Shown here piece after piece: positions 1 to 12,956 of a stretch of DNA of 49,625 bases; position 1 is the stretch's first letter, and each line of letters opens with the position of its first letter. The DNA is from Girardia tigrina. Taxonomy: Eukaryota. The stretch is from assembly GCA_001938485.1 (NCBI GenBank), contig MQRK01246887.1, positions 1-49,625 on the forward strand, given 5' to 3'. A program made the translations under genes and the position numbers. The notes beneath the pieces were generated by a model, which worked only from the letters and a program-made list of their open reading frames with translations, did no database searches and was not told where the DNA came from.

Positions 1-6
1 ATTAGA

Positions 7-393
7 ATGAAGGACGGAAACCACAGAGATTGGACAGAAGTTTTGTCGGAAATAGAATTTATGTTGAATAGTACAGTTCAAGCTACGACAGGTGTTTCAC
101 CGGCTGAAATAATATTTGGTAGACGATTAAGACATTGGTGGAAGAACAATAAAGAAACTAACGGAAACCAAGTTAATGTCGAACAAAATGTGGAGACAAG
201 AAGAGTTTTTGAAATTGGAGACAGAGTGTTGATAAAAAAAGAAAATATATCAAAAGAAGATGATCGTTACATGGGTCCGGAAATTGTGGTGAAACGAAAT
301 CACGAAAGGAGTTACGAGTTACAGCTCGAAGATGGCAGAACTTTGATTAGAAATGTTGAATGGCTAAAGCCATTTAAACCGAGCGGGATGTGA
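7..393 (+). mobile_element. Gypsy/Ty3 LTR retrotransposon pol 3' end (integrase C-terminus)
   Basis: The ORF has W..VL..IEFMLNST..TTGVSPAEIIFGR, FEIGDRVL and Y.GP..V..RNVEWLKPF (integrase core end plus GPF/Y domain). A purine-rich tract precedes the LTR start TGTGAGG. Confidence 0.9.
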
Positions 394-736
394 GGAATGT
401 TTTGAATTGTGTATTGATATTGTGCATGTAGAATGTTGATTCGGATTGTGTCTCTCCTACACAGATGGATGATTGATATTTTCTTTGATTCTTACTAATT
501 AAAAATAATTTAATTTAATTTTAAAGTAAAAAGATTTAAAATAATTTTTGAATGTATTATTTATTTTTTTTAATGTAATTTAATTTTAACTAATTAGATT
601 CTTTATAATTTAATAATTTTTATTAACAGATTTTCATTCATTGAAAATAATTAGTTTGAAGTCAGAAAAAAATGATCAAGAGAGATGTCAAATAGTGAAT
701 GCGCTTGTAATATTAATAAATGTTGTAAACCTCATA
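389..736 (+). repeat. Putative 3' LTR of the Gypsy element
   Basis: Starts TGTGAGG immediately after the purine tract and ends CCTCATA, a near-inverted terminus. Contains TCTCC-TACA-CAGATGG and a 3' AATAAA. Confidence 0.65.
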
Positions 737-879
737 TTGATGTTGTTAATATTTATGATATAAAATTTTATATTATTTCGAGTCACAATACTGTATTAAA
801 CGATAAATAATATCATATACAAATGTAAAGCATAGATATTACTAGGTATACTTCAAAAAAACATTTTGTTTGCATACCA

Positions 880-1330
880 TGGTGCGGACTATATGTTGAT
901 GTGGAATTGTGTCTCTCCTACCCAGATGGCTGATTAAAATTTTAATTCTTATTATCTGAAAATATGTAATGTTTAAATTTATTTCTAATTTAAAATAATT
1001 GTAAAATTTTAAAAAAGTTAATTAATTTTATTAATTTTTATTAATTTTTAATTAATTTTTATTTTTAAAAAGATTGAATTAATAATTTTAAAATAATTAA
1101 TTAATTAATTTTACTTTTTAGCCAATAAATTTTTAGTAAATATTTTAACAAATTATTTATTTCTCCATCTGCTAAAAATAATAGGATTAAAGTCATTAAT
1201 CAATTTAATTAGAATGCAATCGTACGAAAGCTTTGACAAAGGTTGTCTTAAGGACCATCAAACTTGTTGTGTTAATAAAAATATGAAAAGTCAAATTGGT
1301 GTTCTTAATATTGATAAATTAATTGAATCA
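880..1330 (+). repeat. Diverged solo LTR-like repeat (same motif family)
   Basis: Shares TTGTGTCTCTCCTACCCAGATGG (908-929) and a downstream TCAAATTGGTGTTCTTAATA block with the other LTR copies. Boundaries are approximate. Confidence 0.5.
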
Positions 1331-1901
1331 TGAGGAAATCAATGGTGATATAGTCCTATCTAAATCTAAATTTAGTTTGCATCGTTCTTATTAAAAATAA
1401 ACAAAAATAAATTTATCTTTTTTTCTATATAAGGACTAAAGTCGGCAATTTCGTTCTTTTTTTTCATCATAACTAGAGAAGAAAATATAAAATGGATTGA
1501 ACGAAATATGATAATTTAGTTCAAACGAAAATCAAGTCAAAACTATTTGATCTATTTTTATGACTAATATAAAGTCCGCTTATTAAAAATAACAATAATC
1601 AGTAAATAAAAATTAAGTAGAAAAATATTAAAAACTTATATAAATTAAATTGAGTAAAATAAATAAAATAAAAATAAAAAATTAATTAAATAAGTGTGAT
1701 GGAGAAAATGATTATGTGAATGATGTGATTAATTGTGTTGTGTTCTACTGAGTGAAAAAGTCCTCTTGATTAGAACTAGCTTGGTGTTTTGTAGTACAGA
1801 ATCCAAATACAGATTTTTCTGTGTTTTGTGTCATTTAATATTCATTTCTCGTAAAAAAGTTAAAAGGAGATTATTATTCGGTTTGGCTGTAGATTCAAAT
1901 A

Positions 1902-2135
1902 TTGGGTTGATGAATAAGTTCCCGCCTTTTTTATAAAATTAAAATTTTATTTTTTAACAAAAACGTGACTACAAATTAATCACAAATATAATCTCCGCCA
2001 TTGTTCACGACTTCTTCCCAACGTTCAACGAGTTTTTCAATGCCTCTGGTAGAAATCACCCAAATCAAAAAAATGATTTAAATATTAAATTGATTAAAAA
2101 TTCAAAAAACGGCGGGAACTTATTCCTCAACCTAA
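1902..2135 (-). mobile_element. Internally deleted non-autonomous mariner (MITE), derivative of the 11661-12956 family
   Basis: TIRs TTGGGTTGATGAATAAGTTCCCGCC / GGCGGGAACTTATTCCTCAACCTAA with TA on both sides. The interior is the two ends of the full element joined together. Confidence 0.92.
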
Positions 2136-2400
2136 TATATGAAATGCTCCTGTGTGTGATTTCTAATTTGATAGGTAAATAATGATGTACTGTTTCTTGA
2201 TACGTGATTGAGAGTGTGTGCATACGATTATGTTTATGTAAATAATGTGTGAATGTGTAATAAAATTATAAGTTCAATAATTGATTGTTCAAATGAATCA
2301 ATTATGAAATATGCAATGAAATATTAGTTGACTGTTTATGTCACAATTCAAAATGACAATTTCCAAAAATTAAAAAAAAGGAAATTCGAGAATTGAGTCA

Positions 2401-2741
2401 GAACTAGTAAATCAAAAAATTTACTTTTTATATCCATTCTTTATGCTGACAGAACTCTACTTTTCTTACAAAGTTTTTAAAATTTATAAATTTTTAATTA
2501 AAAAAACACATTAAAAATTAATGTCAACTGCTTATAATTTATAAGTAGATATCTTGCCATTAATATTGTTCGGGAACTCAGAATTTTTCGTTTTTTTCTA
2601 ATTTTGGGATCTTAAAAAGGTTTATTCGATCAAATTTTTACATAATCATTTATTGTCATCGAGAATGAGTAAGTGTACAAAGTTTGAAGCAAATCGATTG
2701 AGTAAAAAACCTTCAACAACAGGTTTCTAAATTCCATGGAT

Positions 2742-2778
<37 letters not shown>

Positions 2779-2815
2779 CTTTTATAGAAAGTAAGCTAAT
2801 ACAAAGAATGGAAAA
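2401..2815 (+). mobile_element. Non-autonomous HINE/DINE-1-like (Helentron-type) repeat
   Basis: An inverted diverged copy lies at 11135-11527. Contains a CAAAGTTTGAAGCAAATCG motif, a CA/TA microsatellite and a GAAAGTAAGCTAATA 3' block. Confidence 0.6.
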
Positions 2816-3312
2816 AATGTTAAAAACAAAGTTTTAATTAAAAAATATATTCGTTTCATTTGGAATTTTGCAAATCAACAAGAATATCTGATGTAATTAA
2901 ATCTCCAATATATGAAATCAAATATTTTTGTAGATATAAAAATTAAAGTATGCACTTAATCATATTCAATTTATTAATGAAAAACGACTATTTTATTTAA
3001 CTGAAACCAACAAACCCATTTGAAAATTGTGTTAAAATGGAATTTCTAAGACATTGAATGATACAGCAATGGTATCCTTTTCACAACTTTTTTTAAAAAA
3101 TTAAATCAAAAAATGTTCAAGAATTATAAATATTCGATTTGAATGTCAGAAACGAATTAAAAACAAAATTATGATTGTAAAAGTTTTTTAACACTGATAA
3201 CAATAAATAATTAATAAAAACCCGTAAGACTACAAATGTCAAGCTATATTTAAATTACAAGAATTCGATATTATTTAAACAAACTTTGTTATTTCATTTA
3301 TTCATTTCAGAT

Positions 3313-4060
3313 TCAGAGAGAAAATTGATAAAAACACGACCGGGGAATCCAGACATACGGATTCTCCAACCCACTGACAATACAATGGAACCAATTTTCA
3401 TTTTCAGCGTCGTGGTAAACTAATATCATTTTTTGAGTAAGAGCTAGGATCTTCATCTTATAGAAGATATCTTGAGAATATCTTCTTTAAGACTTCAACT
3501 GAGGAAATTAATATGTCTTTGTAGTTAATGTTTTTTCATTAATGTTTTTTGTAATCTATTAAAAATTGGCCATACAATTTACTACTCTAAATTCCTATTA
3601 AAACGTTCATTTCTGGACTAGAATGTACACGTTACAATTTCATATGGATGATGAGACTATATACAGCTATTGTAAAAATTAACGTTTCCTTGCAGAAATC
3701 ATTGTAGACAAAGAGTAATTAATAGAGATTTTTATAAATATTTCAAATAATATTTTCCCTTTTTTACCAATATTTTATTAAAACGGAAATATACACTTCG
3801 CTATTGTTTACAAATATCGTGATTTAATCTATTTTCTTCTGATTCTTCTGAAGAATTGTTTTTATTTAGTATAATGGTCAATTCAAAAATCTTTTGAACA
3901 ATCTTATCCAAAAATTAACCATAAATTTTACACTACAATTATTGGACTGTTATTCAACTATTAAAAAATCCTTTCCTTGATCAATTCCTCCAGGAATATT
4001 TTCACAAAGTAGATCGAAACATTTCTTTTACAAATCTCCCGACAATCTTTGAATAATTAT
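3313..4060 (-). pseudogene. Degenerate coding remnant with SH3-like C-terminus
   Basis: The minus strand near 3313-3470 reads LALTQKMILVYHDAENENWFHCIVSGLENPYVWIPRSCF, with SH3-like W...IP spacing. The upstream part has many stops. Confidence 0.35.
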
Positions 4061-4793
4061 CCGTAAAAAATTAATTCAAATAATTTTAATTATAAATTTT
4101 GTTTCAAAAAAATTTATAATTTAAATATAAATATAATTTAATAAATATAAAAAAATATAAATATAATAAAAAATATATATAAATATATTTTATTTTCATT
4201 TTCCAAATAAAACTAATTAAAAATAAATAATTTATTTTGTATTTATTTTGATTTTATAAAATTCTATAAAAAATTATAAAAACCAAAGAAAATGATCAAA
4301 ATATTTCTAATTTCCTGATTTTTATTAATTTTTTTTCTGTGATTTTTTTAAACCGAAAAGACGAACACAAATTTCATGTGTAAGTGCAAATAGAAAAAAA
4401 AATTATTTCAAGTAATAAAAAACAGATTTAATAAAATTATTTTTGTCTAAAACTAATAATTGGGGAAATAAAATTTTTTGGATTTTTTTTGTTTTTTCAA
4501 AGGGAATTTCAGTGATTATTTATTGTGATAATGTTGTATCAGGAATAACAGAAAAAACAAATGAGAGAAGAGATAAATGCCATTATTTCCAACCAATAAA
4601 TTTAAAGAATGAAAAAATTTTCATTAATAAGTGATGTTATTTATATTATTAAAAAAATTTTTTCATGCTTCAATCGTATTTATAAGGGCACTTTTAATTG
4701 ACATTCTTTTGTAATGGAAGCTTCTTTAACTAAAAAGACTTACCCCAATAACTAGAACATCAAGTACATCATCAACAAACAAAAAGAAGCGTG

Positions 4794-5846
4794 ATGGATA
4801 AACATAATTTAACGGAAATTCTTTTGAGAATAAAAGCAAAGGAAATGATTGAATATGAAGAGATAATTGATTTTTTCGGTTCAAAAAATAAATCCTCTCC
4901 TTGTTCATATGCAATTTACGCGTGGAATATGACTGGAATGTATAACCTACCTCCACAATGTTGGCCAGAAAGATACCATCTAGTAACTTTGATTATTCTC
5001 TGTATCTCATTGACAATTCTTTTCCTTGGTACCTTTATTGGAAACGCATTAATGATATTCGCATTCCTTTTAGTAAGAAGACTTCGGACTCCGTGTAATA
5101 TGTTGATTATTAATTTAGCCGTAACAGACTTGATGGTTGGAATCATAGTTATTCCGATGGCAAGTATTTATCAGATAAAAGGATATTGGATTTTTAATGA
5201 TTATATTTGTAGTGGATTTATTTTATTTGACGTTCTTCTATGTACTTCGTCTATTTTAAATTTATGTGCTATTTCCGTTGATCGGTATTTTATCATAACT
5301 CAACCGTTTCGATACGCTACTCACAGAACTACTAAAAGAATGTTATTAATGATTCTTATTGTTTGGTTAGCTTCAGCTTTAATAAGTGTTCCACCATTGT
5401 TTGGTTGGAATAATTCTAAGTCCAGATATACATGTGACTATAGTGAAAATCTCGGCTACCAAATATATGCTACATTCATTGCTTTCTATTTACCATTAAT
5501 AGTAATGCTGGTTCTATATGGACGCATTTTCAGGCTTGCTAATTATATTGTTAATCAAGATCAGATTGCTGGTAAACCAGTCAATCTAACAAATAACTCC
5601 CAATTCTCAAAGGATTTTCTTCATAACAATGATCCCCATTCGAAAAATCAAAATAACAATGAAAGTTGTAAATTAAATCTACCAATTATCCGAGTCAATT
5701 TTGCCGAATCCGACGAAGATTCCATTAATAATATGAGAAAAAAAGATAATACATTTAAAAAGAATACCGAAGCAAAAGCCATCAAAACGTTAGGAGTTAT
5801 AATGGGTTGTTTCACAATTTGTTGGCTACCGTTTTTTATTGTCCAA
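4794..5846 (+). CDS. HTR7: Serotonin receptor, 5-HT7-like class A GPCR; large coding exon (TM1-TM6), partial gene
   Basis: Motifs: GN in TM1, NLAVTDL, DVLLCTSSILNLCAISVDRY (D3.32 amine-binding Asp and DRY), WLASALISVPPLFGW, YQIYATFIAFYLPL and EAKAIKTLGVIMGCFTICWLPFF. Phase-0 donor CAA|GTAAAT at 5846/5847; TM7 NPxxY is absent from this exon. The subtype call rests on motif recognition only. Confidence 0.9.
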
Positions 5847-6500
5847 GTAAATTTTTGTTGAATTGAAAAAACATTAAATTTATTCAATTAATTTTGTATT
5901 AAAGGATTAAAGAAAATAAAATTCTTAAAATATAAAACTGAAAAAAAGTTTCAAATAAAAAATATTTTAAATTATTTATATTTTATTTATCGTGAATTGA
6001 GAAATTTTCGGGATTAATTAAAGCATTAATATTTTTTCTTTGTTATTAATAATAAATACTGTTTATTTTTGTTTGTGATACCGAAAGAAAAAAATTGAAT
6101 AATTAATGTGTCGCAAGAAGAGCGTTATTTCCTGCCAGGAAGACATCCGAGCACGCGTTCTTCTACCACGTCTAAATTGGAAAAAAACAATACAGGTGAA
6201 TCTCGACTTACAACGTATCTGAGCTATAAAGAGATTTTTCAATACATTTTTTTATATTTATTATTTTAATAATATTACTTTGGATATATTTAGAAAGAAA
6301 TGCATTTTGCAAAAATTAATTTTTTAGCTAAAAAATAAATTTTTAAAACGTTCAAGAATACAATAAAGAGTACAAAATAATCATAAAAACCATATTCTGG
6401 AGGATTTAGAGCACATAAAAATATTAATCCTAAGAATATAGGCAAAAAATAAATGACATCCAAAGTTCTAATCTTCATCTTGGATAAATCGAAAAGAGTT

Positions 6501-7709
6501 TGTTGATTGCAAGCTAATATGATTTATAAATTTGATTGCCACGGGTGAAAAACTCGAACGTCTTCTTCATCGTGGGGGTCATTCGCTGTTCTGAAAGTTC
6601 CTCCAACTCGTTCTGTTGTCCCACCCATGGGGCACATGCCTGACGTGCAACTCATGGTATATAATGTCTTCTATTTCTACTTTATGTAGTCGGCGAATTC
6701 TGCTCACTACTGATAGTCTCCACTGAGTTGTACATGACGCGTTCATCGGTTGCACGAACAACGCTTCTTGCACTTGAAGTACCCTTGCTTCCACGATTCT
6801 GCCATCCCTTTGGGGACCTTTAGAGAAATCAACCGGTAGCGGCAATGGCCGTCGTTGTACGAATACAGTGGACGCCAGGATCACGCCCTACCGATTTTGG
6901 AGTTGCATTGTACTACGCTACCGTTTCGTGGATTGACTTCTTGATCCCATAACAGTGTTTGACGAGGCCATTTCCGCTTAACTGGTTAGCGCACCTGAAC
7001 ATCGATTTAATTCCCATTTCTGACAGAAGTTTCCGAATTGCTGCTCCACGATGTTTCTCGAAATTATCCAGTAGAAGCTCTTGTGGCGGCTGAGGTCATT
7101 GAACACCTCTCCTAGAGCTGTGCACAGATCTCCATCGCATTTTGAAGCAATCTTTCTCTAAATCACGAACCGGCCCGGCCCGCAGTCGACTAGCGTCATT
7201 TATTTTTTCTTTTTGACGCCAAACTCTCCCTTCTCCCACCTGATTGATGCCGGATTGATCGATGCGCACTGAGGGCATTCTTTCACCAGAGCTTGCACTT
7301 ACTTTTCGGTCACGCGTCCTGGGTTTCACAGCTTTCTCCCCTGGAAGAACACTCGTTTCACCCTGAAATTGTGGAATTAGAGTAGCTTTTTTAGACCGTC
7401 TGTCGGCCCCTGTTCCTCCTCGGCCGTCACTACTGTCATGTCCAATTTTTCTTTTAATGCTGTTAGCTTTTCGTTTGAACCTCAAGTTAGGCGGTCTACC
7501 TGGTTTTCTGCTGAGCCGACTAGTCTTCACTGAACGAGTATCTGCTCATCTTCGATTGTATGCATTGATTCAATGTATTGAATGTATTTGATTGTATGTA
7601 TTTTTAATAAAAACGTTTTATCATTATCTTCCTTGCTTCATCGAAAAACGCCACGAAGCCGACGAAATCGACCGAAAACCGTTCTGGTCGAACGATTGTT
7701 AAATCAACA
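6501..7709 (-). mobile_element. Degenerate Gypsy retrotransposon integrase region
   Basis: The minus strand, with stops and frameshifts, reads VKECPQCASINP (zinc finger), LVDCGPGRFVI, PPQELLLDN, FRCANQLSGNGLV and VFVQPMNASCTTQW. It is a GC-rich island bounded by TGTTGATT...AATCAACA. Confidence 0.85.
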
Positions 7710-8142
7710 CCAAATTTGAATTATGCCGATTAGGATGATTCTTACAAGGTATTTCGTGAGAATATTTTTAAAAATACTAAAAACATACTAATTAAATTGA
7801 CAAATGATGAGCTATATCACTTATTTACCAATTATATATCTAAAAATCAATTTATGTTAAATTTGCAAAATTTCCGTCATCATCTGAATCACAGTTTTTC
7901 GGTCAAGCTCAAATTTTACTGTGATCATATATGTTGATTAAATGCGTAATAGCGGAGGAATAGGGAGTGAATCCAAGTAAAATTGAGGTTCTGTCTGTGC
8001 TGCTCCTTCGACAAAAGCCGCTGGGAGCCGACTTAATTGACTGCTGTTAAATCAACACGGAATTCGAAAAAATAAATAATAAATTATAATAATTACGATT
8101 TAAAAATTAAAGCTGAAACTTTCAAAAACGAAAATTCATCTC

Positions 8143-8172
8143 ACCGTTCATAAATTACGGGTCTTTTTCTAG
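8143..8172 (+). mobile_element. Helitron-like 3' terminus (hairpin plus CTAG)
   Basis: A CCGT-TCATAAATT-ACGG stem is followed about 8 nt later by CTAG|T. A similar end occurs at 49312 on the minus strand. Confidence 0.45.
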
Positions 8173-8949
8173 TATATATTATTGATTGAAAATTTAATTA
8201 AGGCAAGTGGAGAGCTATAAAAAAAATCTTAAAACATGATTTACCTTATAGAAACTTCAGAGTAAATCCATCTTAATTCTTTAAATCTTTAATTAAAATA
8301 AATAAAAAATTATATAATCAAATATTAATTCTTATATTTAAACGAGTCAGTTGATCCATTGAATAGTTTATGTCTTAGAAGATATTTTTAATGAATGAGT
8401 TACATTTAATTAATAATAATAATTATTATTTTACACAAATTTAGAAAATAAAATTTTTATTTTCATAAACTTCATTCTACAAAAACAAAATTTTAATATA
8501 AATATTACTACTATTTTCCATAGGCATTGAATTTTTAATTATTTTAATTGTATTTTCATTTAATCATTTCAATAATATACAATTGAAAAATAAAATAAAT
8601 TTAAATAAATACATCAACTAAAATTATTTATTTCTTTATTTTTAAAATTTGTATAATTTTTACATACTTAATTTGAAAAAGTTTCGTTTAAATTCACGAG
8701 AATGAAAAAAATTGCATTAAACATAAGAATCATTTTAAAATATATTTTCGAAATATATAATAATTTTAAACTAAACAAATTTTAACTATTTTGTAAGATT
8801 AATTCTACATAAGATATTTAATGTGAATTATTAATGATAATGTTAAACAAATTAATTTCTGATGATAAAGAATTTAATTTATTTCTCATTAATATTAATT
8901 GTGAAAAGTATCATGATATATATAAAATTTATTTATAGAGATGCATATA

Positions 8950-10624
8950 CAGTGCTGGAAAAAAGTCTTTTGACAGTGCACTTTTTTGCGAGTTTTAGTG
9001 AAAATATATTACCAAAAACAGTTTTTCAACCCAATTTTTTAATACAACCTTATAAACGTATATTTTATCTATTTTAAGTAAAGAATTAATAGAGTGAGAC
9101 TATTTAAGGATATTATGTGAGCATACATAATGCTTACATAACAATATGTATGCATGGTCATGTATACACATGTGAATATGCTCTTATATATACAGTGCAT
9201 GCGAAATAAGCTGCGTCACTTGTATTGCATATGTTGCATTATCCTTCTTTCTTCCCTCATCAACCAATCAAATCGCGATTTTTTGCTATGTCTGGAAAAC
9301 AAGTTGACCAAGAGATTCGAGGTGCTATTATAGCCTTACACTGCAAAACAAGTTTGTCAACAAGAGAAATTGCAGCTCAATATGGAATTTCCCATTAATC
9401 TGTTGCCAATATAATCAAAAGATATGAATCCGAAGGCAATACTTCAATTAAAACAAGATCAGGCAGGCCTAAAGCAACCACGCCCCGAGTTGATGCATTA
9501 ATAAGAAGGCAAGCAGTGAAAATCCCTTTCTTACCTCTGCCCAAATCAAGCTCAATCTGGTAGTGCAGTGCAGCAATGTTACTACACGTATAATAAGAAA
9601 TCGCCCGTGTAAGAAATTCAAAATGCCAGCCCGTAAAGCTATAAAAAACCGATCATTACAAGTGCAATGAGAAAGAATTGATTACAATTTTGTGAAAAAT
9701 ACACGAATTATACGATTAAACAGTGGAAAAAGGTTATGTTCAGTAAAGAAAGCTCATTCCAAATCAACAATTACCCAAATCAGACAGTTCAAAGACCAGT
9801 TGGCTCATCACCGGTGAACCCAAGGTACACAAAGAAGACTAGCAAGCATCCAGCTTCTGTCATAGTTAGGGGCTGTTTTTTCCCACAATGGCCGAGGGGG
9901 GCTTACACTTCTCAATTCAAACCAAAGACTCAATACTGATGGTTATATCCAGATTTTAGAAGAGAAGTTGGCTCATATTATGTGCATCCATGTTTGTACA
10001 ATTTTCCAGCAAGACAATGCCCCTTGCCATTGTTCAAAAAAGGCGCTGATATGGTTTCAGGACAACAACATTGAGCTGCTTGACCGGCCATCCAACAGCC
10101 CAGACCTGAATACAATTAAACATCTGTGGTCCAACATGAAGAGGAAACTCAGTGAGATTGAAATAACATCTATAAGTCAATTAAAAGAGGAAATAAAACG
10201 AGTATGGTGCCTAGAGACCACTACAGAGGAGTGCCAGAAACTTGTTGAGAGCATGCCACGCCGTATCGAAACTGTTATTCGAAACAAAGGGTACCCAACC
10301 AAATATAGAATTTGATTGGCTTAAACTATGATCTTTTTACCCATTTTATCAATTCATGTTACTATTTTATTCATTTTATGCCATATTATCCTGATAAACA
10401 TTTAGCTTGATATTTTATTGTTTTTAAATAAAAGTGTATCATTCAATGATTTCTCTCTTTTGATTGAAATTAAAAAATCCTGGTATTAATTCTTTACTTA
10501 AAATAGATAAAATATACGTTTACAAGGTTGTATTAAAAAATTGGGTTGAAAAATTGTTTTTAGTAATATATTTTCACTAAAAATCGCAAAAAAGTGCACT
10601 GTCAAACGACTTTTTCCAGCACTG
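8950..10624 (+). mobile_element. Tc1-family DNA transposon, full length, defective transposase (9288-10315)
   Basis: ~140-bp TIRs starting CAGTGCTGGAAAAAAGTC, with TA TSD. Transposase motifs RSGRPK, FQQDNAPCH, PSNSPDLN and LVESMPRRI..VI..KGYPTKY. Stops and frameshifts are present. Confidence 0.96.
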
Positions 10625-10639
10625 TATATTAATATTATT

Positions 10640-10890
10640 ATGTAGACACCTTGCTTATAACTGCACCTTTGCTTTCTTTTTTTTATCTTAAAATTCATCC
10701 TAATCCCCATGATAATCCTATTTAAGACAATCTTCTCTTCCACTAGTTCCGTCGGACATTCTTTTTAGTTTATTTATGAATACTTCCTCCTTGAGTATGT
10801 TGGGGGTTCTCTTTATCTTGAGTTCGAATAATTTCTCCTGTTTTGTAATCTGTTAACCAATGTCTCTTTTCCATTATTCGTGTTTCTTGG
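10640..10890 (-). mobile_element. Possible LINE (RTE-like) ORF2 3' fragment
   Basis: The minus strand gives KRMSDG..EKIVLNRIIMG.R...KKRK, resembling the RTE C-terminal region. Heavily degraded. Confidence 0.3.
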
Positions 10891-11134
10891 ATCGAATCAC
10901 ATTTCACTAAAAATGTGATTATCTATTACAATGTGTTAAATATAATATGATAAGTCATTCATCATAACATATCTAACAAGTCTTTCTCTAAATTAACAAA
11001 TTAAGTTTTGTATTTACCCATAAGTGCAGTTTTTTATTTTATTTTTCAACTATTTTCCATTTGTTTTCATTTTTTGTGTTACACGCTGCAATTTCTTCTT
11101 TTATCTCACTAATACATCCTATTTATATGATTTT

Positions 11135-11527
11135 ATTCCATTCTTTTTATTAGCTTACTTTCTATGTATATAGATATATATGTATCCATAGAATTTAGGA
11201 AACTATTTTTGAAGGCATTCTAATCAATCAATTTTCATCAAACTTTGCAAAGTTACTCATTCTTGATGACAATAAGTGATAATGTGAAAATTTGATCAAA
11301 AGAAACTTTTTAAGGTCCTAAAATGCGAAAAATCGGAAAATTCGGAGTTCCCGAACATTATTAATTGAAAAAGATCTACTTATAAATTATAAGTAGTTTA
11401 TATTATTTTTTTAATTTTTTATTGTTTTATTTAAAATTATTTTTTTGTAATTAAAACTTTGTTGGCAATGTAGAGTTCTGTCTGCATAAAAAATGGATAC
11501 AAAAAATAATTTTGTAATTTACTAGTT
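11135..11527 (-). mobile_element. HINE/DINE-1-like repeat, inverted copy of 2401-2815
   Basis: The reverse complement aligns by eye with 2401-2815 (ATAATTTATAAGTAGAT, TGTTCGGGAACTC, TTATTGTCATC.AGAATGAGTAA, GAAAGTAAGCTAATA). Confidence 0.65.
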
Positions 11528-11660
11528 GTCATCAACTTAAGTCGGAGCTTTGCTAGCTTCATCTTTCAACATTTTCCTTAATAGTCAATAAGCATAGAAA
11601 AAGTTTGATAATTTTATCTTACTTAAACTATTCACTTATAACATTTTTTGAGTTAATCTA

Positions 11661-12956
11661 TTAGGTTGAGGAATAAGTTCCCGCCGTTTTTTGAATTTTT
11701 AATCAATTTAATATTTAAATCAATTTTTTTTGATGTAATGTTATATGTTCTTTGAAAGCTATTGTTTTGCTCTAAAAAATGGTTTATTTTGTTTTTTTAT
11801 TCATATTAATTTTTGTCGATTTTTAGACCATTGAAATAGAGTGTCAAGTCGACAAAAATGACCATTTCCGACACCATCTATTGTTTGCGTATAATCGAGG
11901 CGCCAAAGCCGCAGACACTGCCCGAGAGTTTTGTGCTGTATACTGAGAAGGTGCTATAGCTGATAGAACCGCTCGTGATTGGTTCGCAAAATTTAAAATT
12001 GACAATTTTGACCTCAAGGATGCACCTCGTTCACGACGACCAAATTAATTCGATGAAGAGTGTTTGAACAAACTTTTGCATGAAGACGCGCATCAAACCA
12101 CTCGAGAATTGGCGGAACAAATGGATTGTGATCAAAAAACTGTCGTGAACCATCTGAAATCAATGGGAAAAGTTCAAAAAATGGGAGCTGGGTCCCTCAT
12201 CTTTTGAAGGAAAACAACAAAAACCAGTGATCCACAATTTCGGTGAGTTTGCTTGCCCGTCATCGCTCTACTCACGGTCATAAGCAACAATTTCTTTATC
12301 GAATTGTAACGGGTGATGAAAAATTGTGCCTGCATGTCAACATAAAACAACGCAAAGAATGGCGTAGCCGAGAAGAACATTCGACACCGCGAGCAAAACA
12401 GTATCTTCATCCACGAAAGACAATGCTATGCGTTTGGTGGGGTTGGGAAGGTATTATTCATTATGAATTGCTTCCTCGAAACCAAACAGTGAACGCAGAA
12501 CTTTATGTTCAACAGCTGCATAGACTCAACGCCGCTATAAGACAAAAACATCCGAATGTACAACATGTCGTTATTTTGTAAAACGACAATGCACGTCCTC
12601 GTATTGCCAGAATGACAAAAGAAGCCATTCAAACGCTTGGTTTATAAGTGTTACCGCACCCTCCGTATTCACCTGACTTGGCTCCATCTGATTTTCATCT
12701 TTTCCATTCGCTTTCTAACGCTTTGCGTGGTATTTCGTTCAACAATGATGGAGAACTGCAAGTTTGGTTGGCTGAATTCTTCGAATCAAGACCGGGTGAT
12801 TTCTACCAAAGGGGCATTGAAAAACTCGTTGAACATTGTGAAGAAGTCGTGAACAATGGCGGAGATTATATTTGTGATTAATTTGTAGTAACTTTTTTGT
12901 TAAAAAATAAAATTTTAATTTTTCTAAAAACGGCGGGAACTTATTCCTCAACCCAA
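11661..12956 (+). mobile_element. mariner (DD34D) transposon, full length 1296 bp, defective transposase (~11836-12878)
   Basis: TIRs TTAGGTTGAGGAATAAGTTCCCGCCGTTTTT with TA TSD. Motifs WVPH (frameshifted), IVTGDEK, DNARP and HPPYSPDLAPSDFHLF. The start ATG is mutated to ATA and there are several stops. Confidence 0.97.

Noticed and set aside
7096-7530. 144-aa basic ORF as a novel protein
   Set aside because: It is an alternate frame over the degenerate Gypsy integrase; the true frame has stops.
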